Virus record (IMG/VR): IMGVR_UViG_3300023202_000247
Location: 248,001-312,000 of that record
Strand: one strand, 5' to 3'
Length of the DNA stretch: 64,000 nucleotides
The notes under the pieces: model-generated
What the model was told of the DNA's origin: nothing
What the model saw: the letters and a program-made list of their open reading frames with translations, nothing else
Database searches by the model: none
Program-made: the position numbers and the translations under genes
Part shown: positions 1 through 10,306 of the stretch, one piece after another
Position numbering within the stretch: the stretch's first letter is position 1
Layout: each line of letters begins with the position of its first letter

Positions 1-405
1 CCAATAACTGTTGAGAATATCACAGCAGCTGGAATTACTTTGCTACAACCGGTAATTGGTGGTGGTAGGGTTATCTGGGGCAAGACAACTACAACAAGTG
101 GTTTTGCGGAAGAAGAGGAAATTAGTGTTGTATTTATCAGAGACGCCATTGCTCGAGACCTGAGAAATACATTTAGAGGGTTCATTGGTCAACCTGAGAG
201 TCCAACGTTCCAGTCAACGCTTTATGCACGTGCTGTTGATGCTATGCAAGCATTTCTCTCTAGGCGTTTGATTACAGATTATCGAGACTTGGTTGTTGTA
301 CAGGATTCATCTGAGCCTCGTCAATGGAACATTAGAGTTGGTGTACAGCCGGTGTTCCCAGTGAACTGGATTTATATCCGCGTTGATTTTGGATTCTTCG
401 GATAA
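1..405 (+). CDS. Tail sheath protein, C-terminal part (5'-truncated by window edge)
   Basis: Frame 1 is open from base 1 (PITVENITAAGITLLQPVIGGGRVIWGKTT...EEISVVFIRD...VQPVFPVNWIYI). This matches the sheath C-terminal pattern (WG-x-T, I-S-V-x-x-I-x-D, P-V-x-P-x-x-x-I), and the tube gene follows directly. Confidence 0.85.
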   Translation, partial: PITVENITAAGITLLQPVIGGGRVIWGKTTTTSGFAEEEEISVVFIRDAIARDLRNTFRGFIGQPESPTFQSTLYARAVDAMQAFLSRRLITDYRDLVVVQDSSEPRQWNIRVGVQPVFPVNWIYIRVDFGFFG

Positions 406-422
406 GGATAAAAAGGTAACAA

Positions 423-1046
423 ATGGTAGCACCAAATACACAATCAATTATTGAGGATCAGGACGGTAGAAACCGCACTGGTACTTCTGTCAGCACTAAT
501 ATAATCATCGAGGTTGATGGTAATCCCGTTGGAGCAATCAAATCATTGAGTGTTGATGAAAGTCGAACGATTACTCAAATAGATGAGGTTAGTACTGACG
601 GCCATATTGACTCCGTACCAAGTAAATCTACAAATATAGGTGGAAGTTGTCAACGTGTTAGATATGATAACTTGAGAATTGCTGCGGCATTTAGCAGACC
701 ATTCATTCATGTTGCTGCCCAAAGAATACCATTTAATATCGTAATTAAAGATATTTTTGCGTCGAGTGATCCTAACACAGTTTTGATAACTACTATTAAA
801 AATGTATGGATTAGTAAAATAAGTTATACATATAGCGCAGATGATTTTGTAATTATCGAAAATATGGATTGGGAAGCAGAAACTATTTACTCTCAAATTA
901 ACAACAACAACGCAGTTACCAACGTTAATGGTGCTCGTAACCTACCGCTTCAGACAGTCAACCCATTCGAGTTGGCAGCTGACCGTGGAGACCGTCGTGG
1001 TGCTTTGGATGCTGCTGGTCTGTTGGTTGCAATTAACGAAGCATAA
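423..1046 (+). CDS. Tail tube protein
   Basis: 207 aa directly after the sheath. Beta-rich with VGAIKSLSVDESR...IDEVSTDG and IKNVWISKISYTYSADD motifs, typical of gp19-like tubes. Confidence 0.75.
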   Translation: MVAPNTQSIIEDQDGRNRTGTSVSTNIIIEVDGNPVGAIKSLSVDESRTITQIDEVSTDGHIDSVPSKSTNIGGSCQRVRYDNLRIAAAFSRPFIHVAAQRIPFNIVIKDIFASSDPNTVLITTIKNVWISKISYTYSADDFVIIENMDWEAETIYSQINNNNAVTNVNGARNLPLQTVNPFELAADRGDRRGALDAAGLLVAINEA

Positions 1047-1052
1047 TCTAGT

Positions 1053-1061
1053 TGATATATA
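1053..1061 (+). promoter_or_regulatory. Putative extended -10 promoter TGATATATA, 7 nt before ATG 1069
   Basis: Copy of the recurring TGnTATAT(A/T) motif. No Shine-Dalgarno between the motif and the ATG. Confidence 0.55.
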
Positions 1062-1068
1062 GTTTAAT

Positions 1069-1752
1069 ATGGGAAAAATAGAAAGTGATATTGGTGGCCG
1101 CTCTTTCGAGGGCGGCGGCCAGAGAACATTTACTGTAAGCGATGAAACTGAAATTTCGGATGCTGAGTTGAAACAAATGATTGCTGATCGTCATGCAGCG
1201 CGTGCTGTACATGCTCAGCAACAAGCTTCTATTCCAGAAGGTGCAGTTGAACATACACCGGAAGAATTCAATGCGATGAGACGCAACAAGGTGATGCAAG
1301 ATAAAGTTGCGACACCTGATGTTAAACAACGTATTGAGATGTTGACTGGTATCGGTCGTATGACGAAGAATGTTCCAGTTAATACTGGGGATCAAGTAAT
1401 AACATTTACTTTGAAGACTTTAAAAAGTAAAGAGTCAAAAGCATTGGCTAAAAAATCAACAGAGATTGCTAACAGCGGAGATGCTTCTCAAATTTATGAT
1501 ATTCGCGCTCTTGCACTTGCATTTTCTATAGAAAAGATAGATGGTGTAGACGTTGATGATGTTTTAGGCATTGGTGATGTTCAAGACACATTCAATGCTC
1601 GCTTCATGTTTATCAATGAATTAGATGAAACCGTTTGTACTTATTTGATGAATGAGTATCAAAAAATGGTAAGTGATAATAAAAAACGTTTCGGAATTGA
1701 AACGGCTGAGGATGCCAAGGAGGTTGCTCAGCAGATGAACAAAAGTAGCTAA
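1069..1752 (+). CDS. Tail assembly chaperone (G-like)
   Basis: 227-aa acidic protein in the canonical position between tube and tape measure. Confidence 0.65.
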   Translation: MGKIESDIGGRSFEGGGQRTFTVSDETEISDAELKQMIADRHAARAVHAQQQASIPEGAVEHTPEEFNAMRRNKVMQDKVATPDVKQRIEMLTGIGRMTKNVPVNTGDQVITFTLKTLKSKESKALAKKSTEIANSGDASQIYDIRALALAFSIEKIDGVDVDDVLGIGDVQDTFNARFMFINELDETVCTYLMNEYQKMVSDNKKRFGIETAEDAKEVAQQMNKSS

Positions 1753-2104
1753 CGATCCTGAGCATCAGTTTTTATATCATTTATGTGAAAAATGGAATGT
1801 ATTGCCGGATGATCCATTGTTTGAGGAAATGGATCCATTCATAAAACTATGGCTTTATGAAGGATGGCTAAATAAAGAAAAAAGACATCATGAAGCTTTG
1901 AGACATCAAGCAATCTTGATTGGTTCGTTTACCAATCCAGAAATGGCAAATAAGATGGTCAAACGTGAAAATCCTGACCATTATTCTACAGACGAAGAGT
2001 TTGAGCAATCATATGAATATGTCAAGAAGTTCAATCGTGAAAATCCAAGCATAAATACGAATAAACATAGGAGAAAGAGAAGGCAGCGCCGTATCATAAA
2101 ATGA
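1739..2104 (+). CDS. Second tail assembly chaperone segment (T-like), probably expressed as a frameshift fusion
   Basis: The +1 frame is open from 1739 (TKVANDPEHQFLYHLCEKWNVLPDDPLF...) and overlaps the upstream stop. The first usable start is TTG at 1802. It lies just upstream of the tape measure gene. Confidence 0.6.
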   Translation, partial: TKVANDPEHQFLYHLCEKWNVLPDDPLFEEMDPFIKLWLYEGWLNKEKRHHEALRHQAILIGSFTNPEMANKMVKRENPDHYSTDEEFEQSYEYVKKFNRENPSINTNKHRRKRRQRRIIK

Positions 2105-2112
2105 GTTATTAA

Positions 2113-4341
2113 ATGGCACTTACGATTGAAGAACTAAAACAAGTCTTGGAAACCGCTGGTGTTTCAGAGGACGTAGCTGATAAAATTCTGAATGTTGCCA
2201 ATAACATCAGAAATTTGGGCGCTTCTGCAATCGATGCTGCTGGTTCAATAACCAGTATGACAGGTTCGTTTGATAATTTTTTATCAAATATTTCAAAATC
2301 TATAAATACTGCATCATCCAGTTTTGAAAAGCTTCAAAGTTTTTTAACAGAAGATTCGCTTGATTCTTTCGGACTTCGTGGCGCTCTCATGCTCGAGCGT
2401 TTTGCCAAAATATTACCACGCAATATATCGTTGTTTGGTGATTTGGGTTCAGCGGGATCTGATGCAGGTCTAAGTATATCTGATAGTTTTTCAACCGCTA
2501 CAACCATATTAGAAAAATTTGGTGCAACACGCTGGATTGCAGATTTTATCAATGATGCCGCTAAGTCTGCTGATCAGGCTCAAAACCTCGAACAAACATT
2601 GTTCATGGCTAGTGCACAAGCTGGTCAATTTAGCGAGCTATTGGGTGCGGCCGGTGATGATTTACGCCGTGGTATGTTTGACCAAATGGCAGCATACAAT
2701 AGAATCATAGAAGACGTATCCGTATCTACTGGTAAATTGAGTACAACGACGGCGAGTTGGGCAAGTCAGCTTTTAAACATCCCAGGTTTCTTGTCAAAAA
2801 CTATTGATGTTGGCGGTGGCGCAGCAACCACCATGCGCGACTTGGACGCTGTCATGACTGTTGCAACTGGAACCGGCCAGTCTCAACGAGATGTTGTTGA
2901 GATGTTGAATTTTGCATATCGTCAGTTGGGTGTAACTGGAAAAGGAGCTGTTGAATTTTTAGCAGAGGTTGGTGTTGCGGCTGATGAAGCAGATGTTCCT
3001 TTGGATATCATGAGACAAAGTGTAACGTCAATTGCTGAAAGTTTCAAGGTATTTGGAGATAATACTCGTGCAGCAACCGTATTGATGGGAGACTTTTCTA
3101 GAGCTTTTGACGGTAGCGGACTCGGACCTCAAGCTGTTGCTGAAATGGTTCAGGGAATTACACGTGGCATTGAAAGAATGGATATTGCTAGGAAAGCATT
3201 TATTAGTGGTGCATCTGGTGGTCCGGGTGGTTTGGCTGGTGGTTTTCAATTAGATTTGATGTTGCAGCAAGGAAAATTAGATGAGGTTTATGCTCGTGTT
3301 GAAGAGGCAATGAAGAGTAGGTTTGGTGGACCAGTTTTAACACTCGATCAGGCGGCAGAAAGCCCTGATCTTGCTGGCGAGTTCATGAAACAAGTTACAT
3401 TTTTAAAAGATGTTGCAGGAATTGCCTCAACAGATCAAGAGGCTTATAGAATATTAGAGGCGATGCAGCGTGGTGAAACAGCGCCGATGGAAGAAGTTAA
3501 AACTGGCGACGAAGCAATTCAAACGGCAATCGAGCAAGGAGATAAGGTTCAACATTCTCAGATGAATGAGTCAATTAGATTGCAAAATCTAGCATTGAAA
3601 GAGGCAAGAATTCAGTCCGAGATTGCGCTGCAAGACTTGCGTACGGGGCTCGGTACAGCGGGCAGGGGTGAGATTGCGGCTAGTATCGAGCAGAGAATGA
3701 TGGCTGGCAGAGAAGACGCGGCAGGTGAAGGCATTGGTGAGTTTAGAGTTGAGGGTGGGGCATCCGGTACGGCTGGTCAAAGATTAGCAACGGCTCCAAG
3801 CGCTAAAGATATTTTAGAAGAGTCAAAGAAATTTGCAAAAATGATTGGCTCTGATCTATTGGCAAATTCTAAACTTTTTAGATCATTCATGAAAAATGTT
3901 TATGAACCTGCACACGAAGAATTAGAAAAGATAAATCTGGAAATACAAAAGCTTTCAAGTAGTGGTAAGGATGTTCCAAAAGAACTTGTAGATAAAAGAA
4001 GCAAGTTGATGGAAAGTGTTTCATTCATGGATGAAACCTTGAAAAAAGCACATGAAAAACGTGATAAACCAACGTCAGAGCCAGGTGGTGTTGTTGAGCC
4101 ACCACGATTGCGTCCAGCTGGAAAGCCAACTGCGCCGGGCAAAACATTTGCACCACGCCCTCTCGAAGCTGAGCGTGAACAAGCCGCTCGTGGAACAACA
4201 GCGGCTGGACAGGAAGAAGTTTTTTTGAATATGAAAGTGACAATAGACGCAGAAGGTGTTGGAAAGATTGCAGATGCAAGGGCAAGAAAAGCTTTATCAG
4301 AATACTTTAGTAGAAACCCCGGTGCCGGCGCTCCACGCTGA
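2113..4341 (+). CDS. Tape measure protein
   Basis: 742 aa, Ala/Gly-rich helical composition, located after the chaperones and before the baseplate genes. Confidence 0.75.
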   Translation: MALTIEELKQVLETAGVSEDVADKILNVANNIRNLGASAIDAAGSITSMTGSFDNFLSNISKSINTASSSFEKLQSFLTEDSLDSFGLRGALMLERFAKILPRNISLFGDLGSAGSDAGLSISDSFSTATTILEKFGATRWIADFINDAAKSADQAQNLEQTLFMASAQAGQFSELLGAAGDDLRRGMFDQMAAYNRIIEDVSVSTGKLSTTTASWASQLLNIPGFLSKTIDVGGGAATTMRDLDAVMTVATGTGQSQRDVVEMLNFAYRQLGVTGKGAVEFLAEVGVAADEADVPLDIMRQSVTSIAESFKVFGDNTRAATVLMGDFSRAFDGSGLGPQAVAEMVQGITRGIERMDIARKAFISGASGGPGGLAGGFQLDLMLQQGKLDEVYARVEEAMKSRFGGPVLTLDQAAESPDLAGEFMKQVTFLKDVAGIASTDQEAYRILEAMQRGETAPMEEVKTGDEAIQTAIEQGDKVQHSQMNESIRLQNLALKEARIQSEIALQDLRTGLGTAGRGEIAASIEQRMMAGREDAAGEGIGEFRVEGGASGTAGQRLATAPSAKDILEESKKFAKMIGSDLLANSKLFRSFMKNVYEPAHEELEKINLEIQKLSSSGKDVPKELVDKRSKLMESVSFMDETLKKAHEKRDKPTSEPGGVVEPPRLRPAGKPTAPGKTFAPRPLEAEREQAARGTTAAGQEEVFLNMKVTIDAEGVGKIADARARKALSEYFSRNPGAGAPR

Positions 4342-4364
4342 TGGGCTGATTTTCGTATAGTATT

Positions 4365-5330
4365 ATGGTATCTTTTCCAACAGAACCTGGCGATTTATTT
4401 GATTTTGCAGGAAGCGTAGTAAAGGGAACGTCAAATCGTGGTTCCAGCGGTTTTGGTGCGCCCGTATTGCCGGCTCAGAACGGTAACTCTACGAGACAGG
4501 CTCAGATTCCAAATGAGCGAGCGGGTATTTATAAAAGAAATATGATGAGGTGGTTCGTTCCAGAGACGGGCATCGTTGAAATGTTTATCAACCCTCAAAA
4601 TGTAACATATCAATTAAAAAAAGATTTATCAGAACAACGTACAAAAGGCGGATACGTTGTTCAGTATTGGGGCGAAGCGTTGACCAACTTATCCATTCGC
4701 GGTACTACCGGTAGTAGTAGTATTGAAGGCATAAATGTTCTGGAGGATATTTATAGAGCCGAGCAAATTGCATATGATCCGTATGCGTTGGCATTGGCAT
4801 CTCAAAGAGATCGAGAAGTTAATGATCAATTTTCTGTTTTTGGAAGTTCTGATCTTGGTGGTTTGTTGAACGATGCTGGAAATACGTTTACTGATTTGGT
4901 TGGAAATGCGATTGAAACCGGTTCGTCAGCCTTAACAAGACAGCAACCAACTTTAGCATCTCTTGCTTTTAGTGTTGAATTATACTGGTCTGGTTGGGTA
5001 TTTAGAGGATTTTTTACAGATTTTACTGTCGAGGAGAGCGCAGAAAAGATAGGTTTATTTGATTATACTATGAATTTTAGAGTAACGCAGCGTCGTGGTT
5101 TGAGACTCAACTTCTTTCCATGGCACAGAAGTGCGGTCAATGGTCCAAGCAATTCGGATCCATCATTCGGAGTTCCTTATAGTTATGTTGATGAGGGTAG
5201 AAATGGTCCAGTGGTCTCGCCACCATCTCAAGAAAATGATGGTATATCATTAAGAGATACCTTTGATACAGGTACTGATTTTATCAAAGACCCGTTTGGA
5301 GCCGGTAGTGTAATCAGTTCCATTTTCTAA
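4365..5330 (+). CDS. Baseplate/tail tube initiator protein
   Basis: Follows the tape measure. MFINPQNV...EQRTKGGYVVQYWGE...RGTTG and VFRGFFTDFTVEES...FDYTMNF motifs resemble tube-initiator (gp48/gp54, CIS tube-like) folds. Confidence 0.55.
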   Translation: MVSFPTEPGDLFDFAGSVVKGTSNRGSSGFGAPVLPAQNGNSTRQAQIPNERAGIYKRNMMRWFVPETGIVEMFINPQNVTYQLKKDLSEQRTKGGYVVQYWGEALTNLSIRGTTGSSSIEGINVLEDIYRAEQIAYDPYALALASQRDREVNDQFSVFGSSDLGGLLNDAGNTFTDLVGNAIETGSSALTRQQPTLASLAFSVELYWSGWVFRGFFTDFTVEESAEKIGLFDYTMNFRVTQRRGLRLNFFPWHRSAVNGPSNSDPSFGVPYSYVDEGRNGPVVSPPSQENDGISLRDTFDTGTDFIKDPFGAGSVISSIF

Positions 5331-5344
5331 TATAAGTTATAAAC

Positions 5345-8300
5345 ATGAGTTTTTTAAATGATCTTGGAAATATAGTAAATGAGCAGTTGGGGTTTGGAGA
5401 GAATACAACTTCATCTTTAAATACAACTGATGATGGTAGAACGGTAAATTTTGGTTTACTGGGTGATTTTGCTAACAAATTTGATCAATCTGCTCATAGA
5501 TCATATGTTATAGATGGTTTCGTAAGAAACGTCCGCCCACGTTTCAGGGAAATTTTATGGCAAAATCCAGACATGACTGTTGTGATAAAGAAGAGAATGT
5601 TCTCATCTTTAATTGAAAACTTTAGATTGGATTTGCTTAGCGATGACGAGCAGTTATTTTACAGAGCTGCAAAAAGGTTATTTCAAAATAAATGTAGAGC
5701 TTTAAATATTTATGAAAAACTAACAAAAATAGAACATGTTGCTAAAGAAACCGGACAGGTCAATTCTTATTTGTTTCCAGAACTTTTATCTGGTATTGCT
5801 CAATTAGAGCAGATACCAGCGCTGAGCAATTTACTTTCACCAGAAACGCGCTCCAATATTCAACGAATTAGACAAGTAACTAGATTTTCAACCGCATCTG
5901 AACAGACTAATTGGGTTATTGATGACCAAACACCGTTTATGAGTGAAACGGGCGAGGGTACGGGAGTTATCGAGTTGACATTAGTTACCAACGTCAGCAC
6001 GAAAGCGTCTACGGAATTTGGCGCAGGAACCGCTTCTTTTTCAATAGAAGACCCATATAAAATCCTTTCAATAACAGATGATGATATTGATATTGCGATA
6101 AATGATGCAACGAATTTTTTTGAGAATAGTGCATTTGGTAGATTCACCGAACAAGAAACACAGAGGCTAATAGACAGACTAAAAAATCGTCTAAATACTG
6201 AAAGACAAAATCGGGGTGCAAGTCCTGTTAGATTTGTTGTAAGTCCTAAAACTTTGATTTCAAAAAGAGTGCGTGCAATTGTTGAAGCCGAAGGACGCGA
6301 GATACGTTTTCAATATAATTCTGGTTTGGTTGGGTTGGGAAGCAGTGTTGAAATTGACTCCGCTGATGTTTCACCAAGTGAACGTTTAGGAAACGAAGCT
6401 TTGTCTTCGTCTGAAGCTCGTCTATTTAAAGACATCATAAGCAATTTGTTTTTAATTTTAGGTTTTAGAGAGACTAGCGACACTCAAATAAAAGAGTTCA
6501 AAGGTGAAACCAATCATGTTCGTCAAAAGCTTAGACTGCACTTTTCTGGTAAAAGGGCGATACAGCCGATGGATATCGTCAATATATTCATCAGCACAAA
6601 AAGTCAGCCGGATGATAAGATAACACGCGGCTTCGAGTTTGAAAGTCGTGGCCAAAGTCTTGGAAACAAACTTGATAGTTTGGTCAACAACATCAACACA
6701 AGTTTACAAAATCTTAGTGGAGCTAGTGATAATGGTGGTAATAGCTATGAAGATATAGAACGAACGCTGTTAGCCGGAGCTGACTTTCCACCTTGGTTGT
6801 GGAGATTGTTTAGAAACGATTTTACCAAGCAACCAGCTGGGACGGCTGTATTTGTTGGCTTGGTAAAAAGTGCTTCTGGTGGTTATGATGATGGCAAGTA
6901 TATGGTTAATATATCCTGTGAAGATAACTCTGGGTATTTGAATAAAAGTCAAATCAACATACGTCCAGCTTTAGATGTGTTTAATGGAACATTATATGAT
7001 CCTTTGACACCATTTAAACTATCTTTTGATGCGGCAACGGGTTCAGTTGTAACTGATATTCAACAGGGTCAATTCCCAGAGCTTTTGGATGAAAACAAAA
7101 TATTATTAAATAGTGAAGCTGTAAGGTTCAAGACAACTAGATTGCGAGGCAATCGTATTAGTGATGCAGCATATCGTACTCAAAATGTCGAACTAGAAAG
7201 CGGTGGCAAATTTAGAAACATAATTGCCAATCCAGATGGATTGGTTTATAGATGGAAAGAGGGTATTCAGGCTATAACCAAAACAGATCGTGTATCACCG
7301 GATAGTAGTGTGCTGGATGAGAGAACACCTTTGCTTACTGACAGTCCATTTGCAGGACAAGATGTAATCAATGTTTTGAGTTTGCTCATTACAGGACAGC
7401 CATATAATTTCAACTCATTTTTGAAATCAGCCATTGCAAATGTAAATGGGCCACTTGCATCGGGAGCCAGTGGCGATGATCTTTCCAGAACATATTTAGA
7501 TGCGTTGACCGATGACTTGACGAGAAGAAATGCAATTTGGGGTAACTTTGTACCATTCAAAAAAATGGTATTGGATTCAGCAGCAGAGAAGTTTTTGAGA
7601 TATGAACAAGCTGATTTTGTAAACAAGAATACAAGAATAAAACAACTTCAGTTAGAAAGAGCTAAACTGATGGATCAGCTTGCTTTGCGAAATTTTTCTT
7701 TTGCTAGAGATAATCCAGCAGCTCCTCGCGACTCGAATAACCAAGTACAGCCTCAACCCGATGGTACGACCGTTAGCACTGATGATATCAATATACGTAA
7801 TAGAATCAATGAGTTACACATAGAAATCGAGCTTTCTCGATCCGATTTACAGATTCAATCGGATAACATTCTTGCATCAAAACCAGAAGGTCAGATATCT
7901 CTCATTGGTGATGATATTTCGCTCAACCCAAGTTTCACTGATGGAAATGAAAATAGTACGAGTGAGGAACAAAGAAGAAAAGATAAAAAAGAATTCAGAG
8001 ATAAGATTGATGGTTTGACCAGAAGAAGGTTGTGGCAAACAAAGGCAAATATAGATCAAAACTTTTTGATCATTGATGACCAGTATGATAACAATGGTGA
8101 TATACAGGCGTTTAGTCGTGGACTATCCAACGCTCTAAAATTGTTTGAAAGTGATTACACAACACCATCTGCTCAGATACAACAGGTAGCGGATATTTTG
8201 GGTCTCGAGGTATTTGCCAATACACAGGGTCATATAGAGGTTCGTCCACCTCAGTATAATAGAATGCCGAGTAGCGTTTTCTATAACATGTTTCAACAAA

Positions 8301-10306
8301 AGGCTCAGTCTGGCGTTCAAGTATTTCCACAATTTTTAGAAAGTCTATTTTTCAATCAGCTTCAAGGTGTAACAAATCAAATTGAAATTGTTGAAGATGA
8401 GATAAGACTTAGGGCAACCGTGCTTGGCATAATAGGTGATTCAGCGATAGAACAATTCATACGTGGTTCGGGACAAAACTCAGTTGGCTCTTTCAATTTT
8501 ACTACTGATGAGGCAACTGGGAGATTTGGTGAAAAGGGTTTCAAAAACATGTTGCAGCAATCCAAACCAGAGTTCAGTGAAGAGCTAGTAAATGGTCCGT
8601 TGAAAGCAGCTGCTACAACGATTAACAATGCATTGAGACCAAACTCTTTATTTACAACTGTTTCAAGAGAAAATGCATTAGCAAATGTCAATTTTCAAGC
8701 GGCTCGTTCTCAAAATGCTGAAAATAGAATTTATGATATTAGAAAGCGATTGGAAAGATTTAAAGGTGTAAGGGCAAAATCTGAGCGCGACCTCATATCA
8801 GATGATAGATTTAGAAGAATAAATCAAATAAGTCAATTAGATTCTTTGAAGTTGGTAAATGAAATTGCAAATTATATAGCTGAAAGACAAAAGCTTTTAT
8901 TAAGCGCATCGAATGCAATAAAAAACTTGAGCGAAGGGGTTCTTTTAAACGAGGGAAACAAGGGTGCGACAGCTGCATTGTTTCCAAACCTATTTCGTAA
9001 CAAGGAAATACCATCAATCATCGAACACATGATTGAGGATGAGGATATTGATGACCTGGGTCCTGGTAGTGGTCAACGCTATGTAATTAAAGATAGAGAT
9101 ATAGTTAGGTATCAAACTGAAGAGGTTGCGCCTCCGTTTACATTGGTTGAGGTTAATGGATTGTTTGGTGAAGGTTTCGTAGATGCACCAACCAACTTGA
9201 GATTGACAAATGGTGGAGGAAATGCAGTTGTAAGTGCATTTGCTGTTGATTATGATATGTGGCGCATGTATGGGTTTAGATCAGAGAAAAGCGTTGCTGC
9301 CCCGTTCTTCAACAACCCAGATACACAATGTGCACCATATGCTGTTTATCTGCTTAATTTAGCTAGAAAAAATGTTATACAGGGAAGCATAACAGTTGCT
9401 GGCAATGAATACTATCAGCCTGGAGATGTTGTTTATATAGAAGATGAAGATATGTTGTTCTATGTAACTGACGTTGCTCATAACTTTGGCTGGAATTCAT
9501 TTTATACAACAACATTGACACTAAAATATGGTCACAAACCTGGAATATATATTCCAACTATATTGGATATCGTTGGAAAAATATTGTATAATAGTAGAGA
9601 ATCTTTTGGATACTTTAGAAATTCTAGATTTGATCATGCAAATTGTGATATACCAATCGGATCTTTGATATTTGACAATCATCCAACACAAGATGCTGGT
9701 ATTGATCAGTTGCTCAATGGTACAGCTGGACAACAAAATCAAACTGTTTTAAACAATTTACTTCTTAGTGTTAGTGGCGCACTAAACCCTGTTGGTTTTA
9801 GAAATGTTCAACCAAAGTTGGAGTTGAGGGTTTATTATAGCGGAAATGTTACTGGAGTTTCAAATGATGCTTTGGTAGACACCGCTGAGTCAGTTATAGA
9901 GTGGTTGAAAAATCCTGAACAAAAAGCTATAAATCCTGGTATACAATTGATGCCGGAAAAGAAAGATGAGTCTCAAGGATCATTTGGAATCAACGATGGA
10001 GAGGCTTCTGTTGTTACTGTGAACATATCTGAAAATGGCGAAAGAAGTCCTTCGAGCACTGCTTGGAACTCTGTAAGAAAACTTTTACGATCGAACGCTG
10101 CCCCTGGTTCTTTTGATTTTCCTGGTCAACCATCCAGGGCTCAGGATGAAATTTTGTCGAGACATGTTATCGATTTATGGATTACATTTGAAAGTGTTAT
10201 AGATACTCCTGAGACACGTGCTCCGGGACAAAGCGCTTTGTCTGAATATGAGCAAGGCATTCAAGAGCAGATTGACGATGCTAGAAAGAATAGAGCTGAT
10301 ACATAA
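5345..10306 (+). CDS. Large baseplate hub protein (gp27/GpD-like)
   Basis: 1653 aa. The motif GSITVAGNEYYQPGDVVYI...FYVTDVAHNF...TTTLTL near the C-terminus is typical of gp27/GpD hubs, and the gene precedes the spike. Confidence 0.6.
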   Translation: MSFLNDLGNIVNEQLGFGENTTSSLNTTDDGRTVNFGLLGDFANKFDQSAHRSYVIDGFVRNVRPRFREILWQNPDMTVVIKKRMFSSLIENFRLDLLSDDEQLFYRAAKRLFQNKCRALNIYEKLTKIEHVAKETGQVNSYLFPELLSGIAQLEQIPALSNLLSPETRSNIQRIRQVTRFSTASEQTNWVIDDQTPFMSETGEGTGVIELTLVTNVSTKASTEFGAGTASFSIEDPYKILSITDDDIDIAINDATNFFENSAFGRFTEQETQRLIDRLKNRLNTERQNRGASPVRFVVSPKTLISKRVRAIVEAEGREIRFQYNSGLVGLGSSVEIDSADVSPSERLGNEALSSSEARLFKDIISNLFLILGFRETSDTQIKEFKGETNHVRQKLRLHFSGKRAIQPMDIVNIFISTKSQPDDKITRGFEFESRGQSLGNKLDSLVNNINTSLQNLSGASDNGGNSYEDIERTLLAGADFPPWLWRLFRNDFTKQPAGTAVFVGLVKSASGGYDDGKYMVNISCEDNSGYLNKSQINIRPALDVFNGTLYDPLTPFKLSFDAATGSVVTDIQQGQFPELLDENKILLNSEAVRFKTTRLRGNRISDAAYRTQNVELESGGKFRNIIANPDGLVYRWKEGIQAITKTDRVSPDSSVLDERTPLLTDSPFAGQDVINVLSLLITGQPYNFNSFLKSAIANVNGPLASGASGDDLSRTYLDALTDDLTRRNAIWGNFVPFKKMVLDSAAEKFLRYEQADFVNKNTRIKQLQLERAKLMDQLALRNFSFARDNPAAPRDSNNQVQPQPDGTTVSTDDINIRNRINELHIEIELSRSDLQIQSDNILASKPEGQISLIGDDISLNPSFTDGNENSTSEEQRRKDKKEFRDKIDGLTRRRLWQTKANIDQNFLIIDDQYDNNGDIQAFSRGLSNALKLFESDYTTPSAQIQQVADILGLEVFANTQGHIEVRPPQYNRMPSSVFYNMFQQKAQSGVQVFPQFLESLFFNQLQGVTNQIEIVEDEIRLRATVLGIIGDSAIEQFIRGSGQNSVGSFNFTTDEATGRFGEKGFKNMLQQSKPEFSEELVNGPLKAAATTINNALRPNSLFTTVSRENALANVNFQAARSQNAENRIYDIRKRLERFKGVRAKSERDLISDDRFRRINQISQLDSLKLVNEIANYIAERQKLLLSASNAIKNLSEGVLLNEGNKGATAALFPNLFRNKEIPSIIEHMIEDEDIDDLGPGSGQRYVIKDRDIVRYQTEEVAPPFTLVEVNGLFGEGFVDAPTNLRLTNGGGNAVVSAFAVDYDMWRMYGFRSEKSVAAPFFNNPDTQCAPYAVYLLNLARKNVIQGSITVAGNEYYQPGDVVYIEDEDMLFYVTDVAHNFGWNSFYTTTLTLKYGHKPGIYIPTILDIVGKILYNSRESFGYFRNSRFDHANCDIPIGSLIFDNHPTQDAGIDQLLNGTAGQQNQTVLNNLLLSVSGALNPVGFRNVQPKLELRVYYSGNVTGVSNDALVDTAESVIEWLKNPEQKAINPGIQLMPEKKDESQGSFGINDGEASVVTVNISENGERSPSSTAWNSVRKLLRSNAAPGSFDFPGQPSRAQDEILSRHVIDLWITFESVIDTPETRAPGQSALSEYEQGIQEQIDDARKNRADT

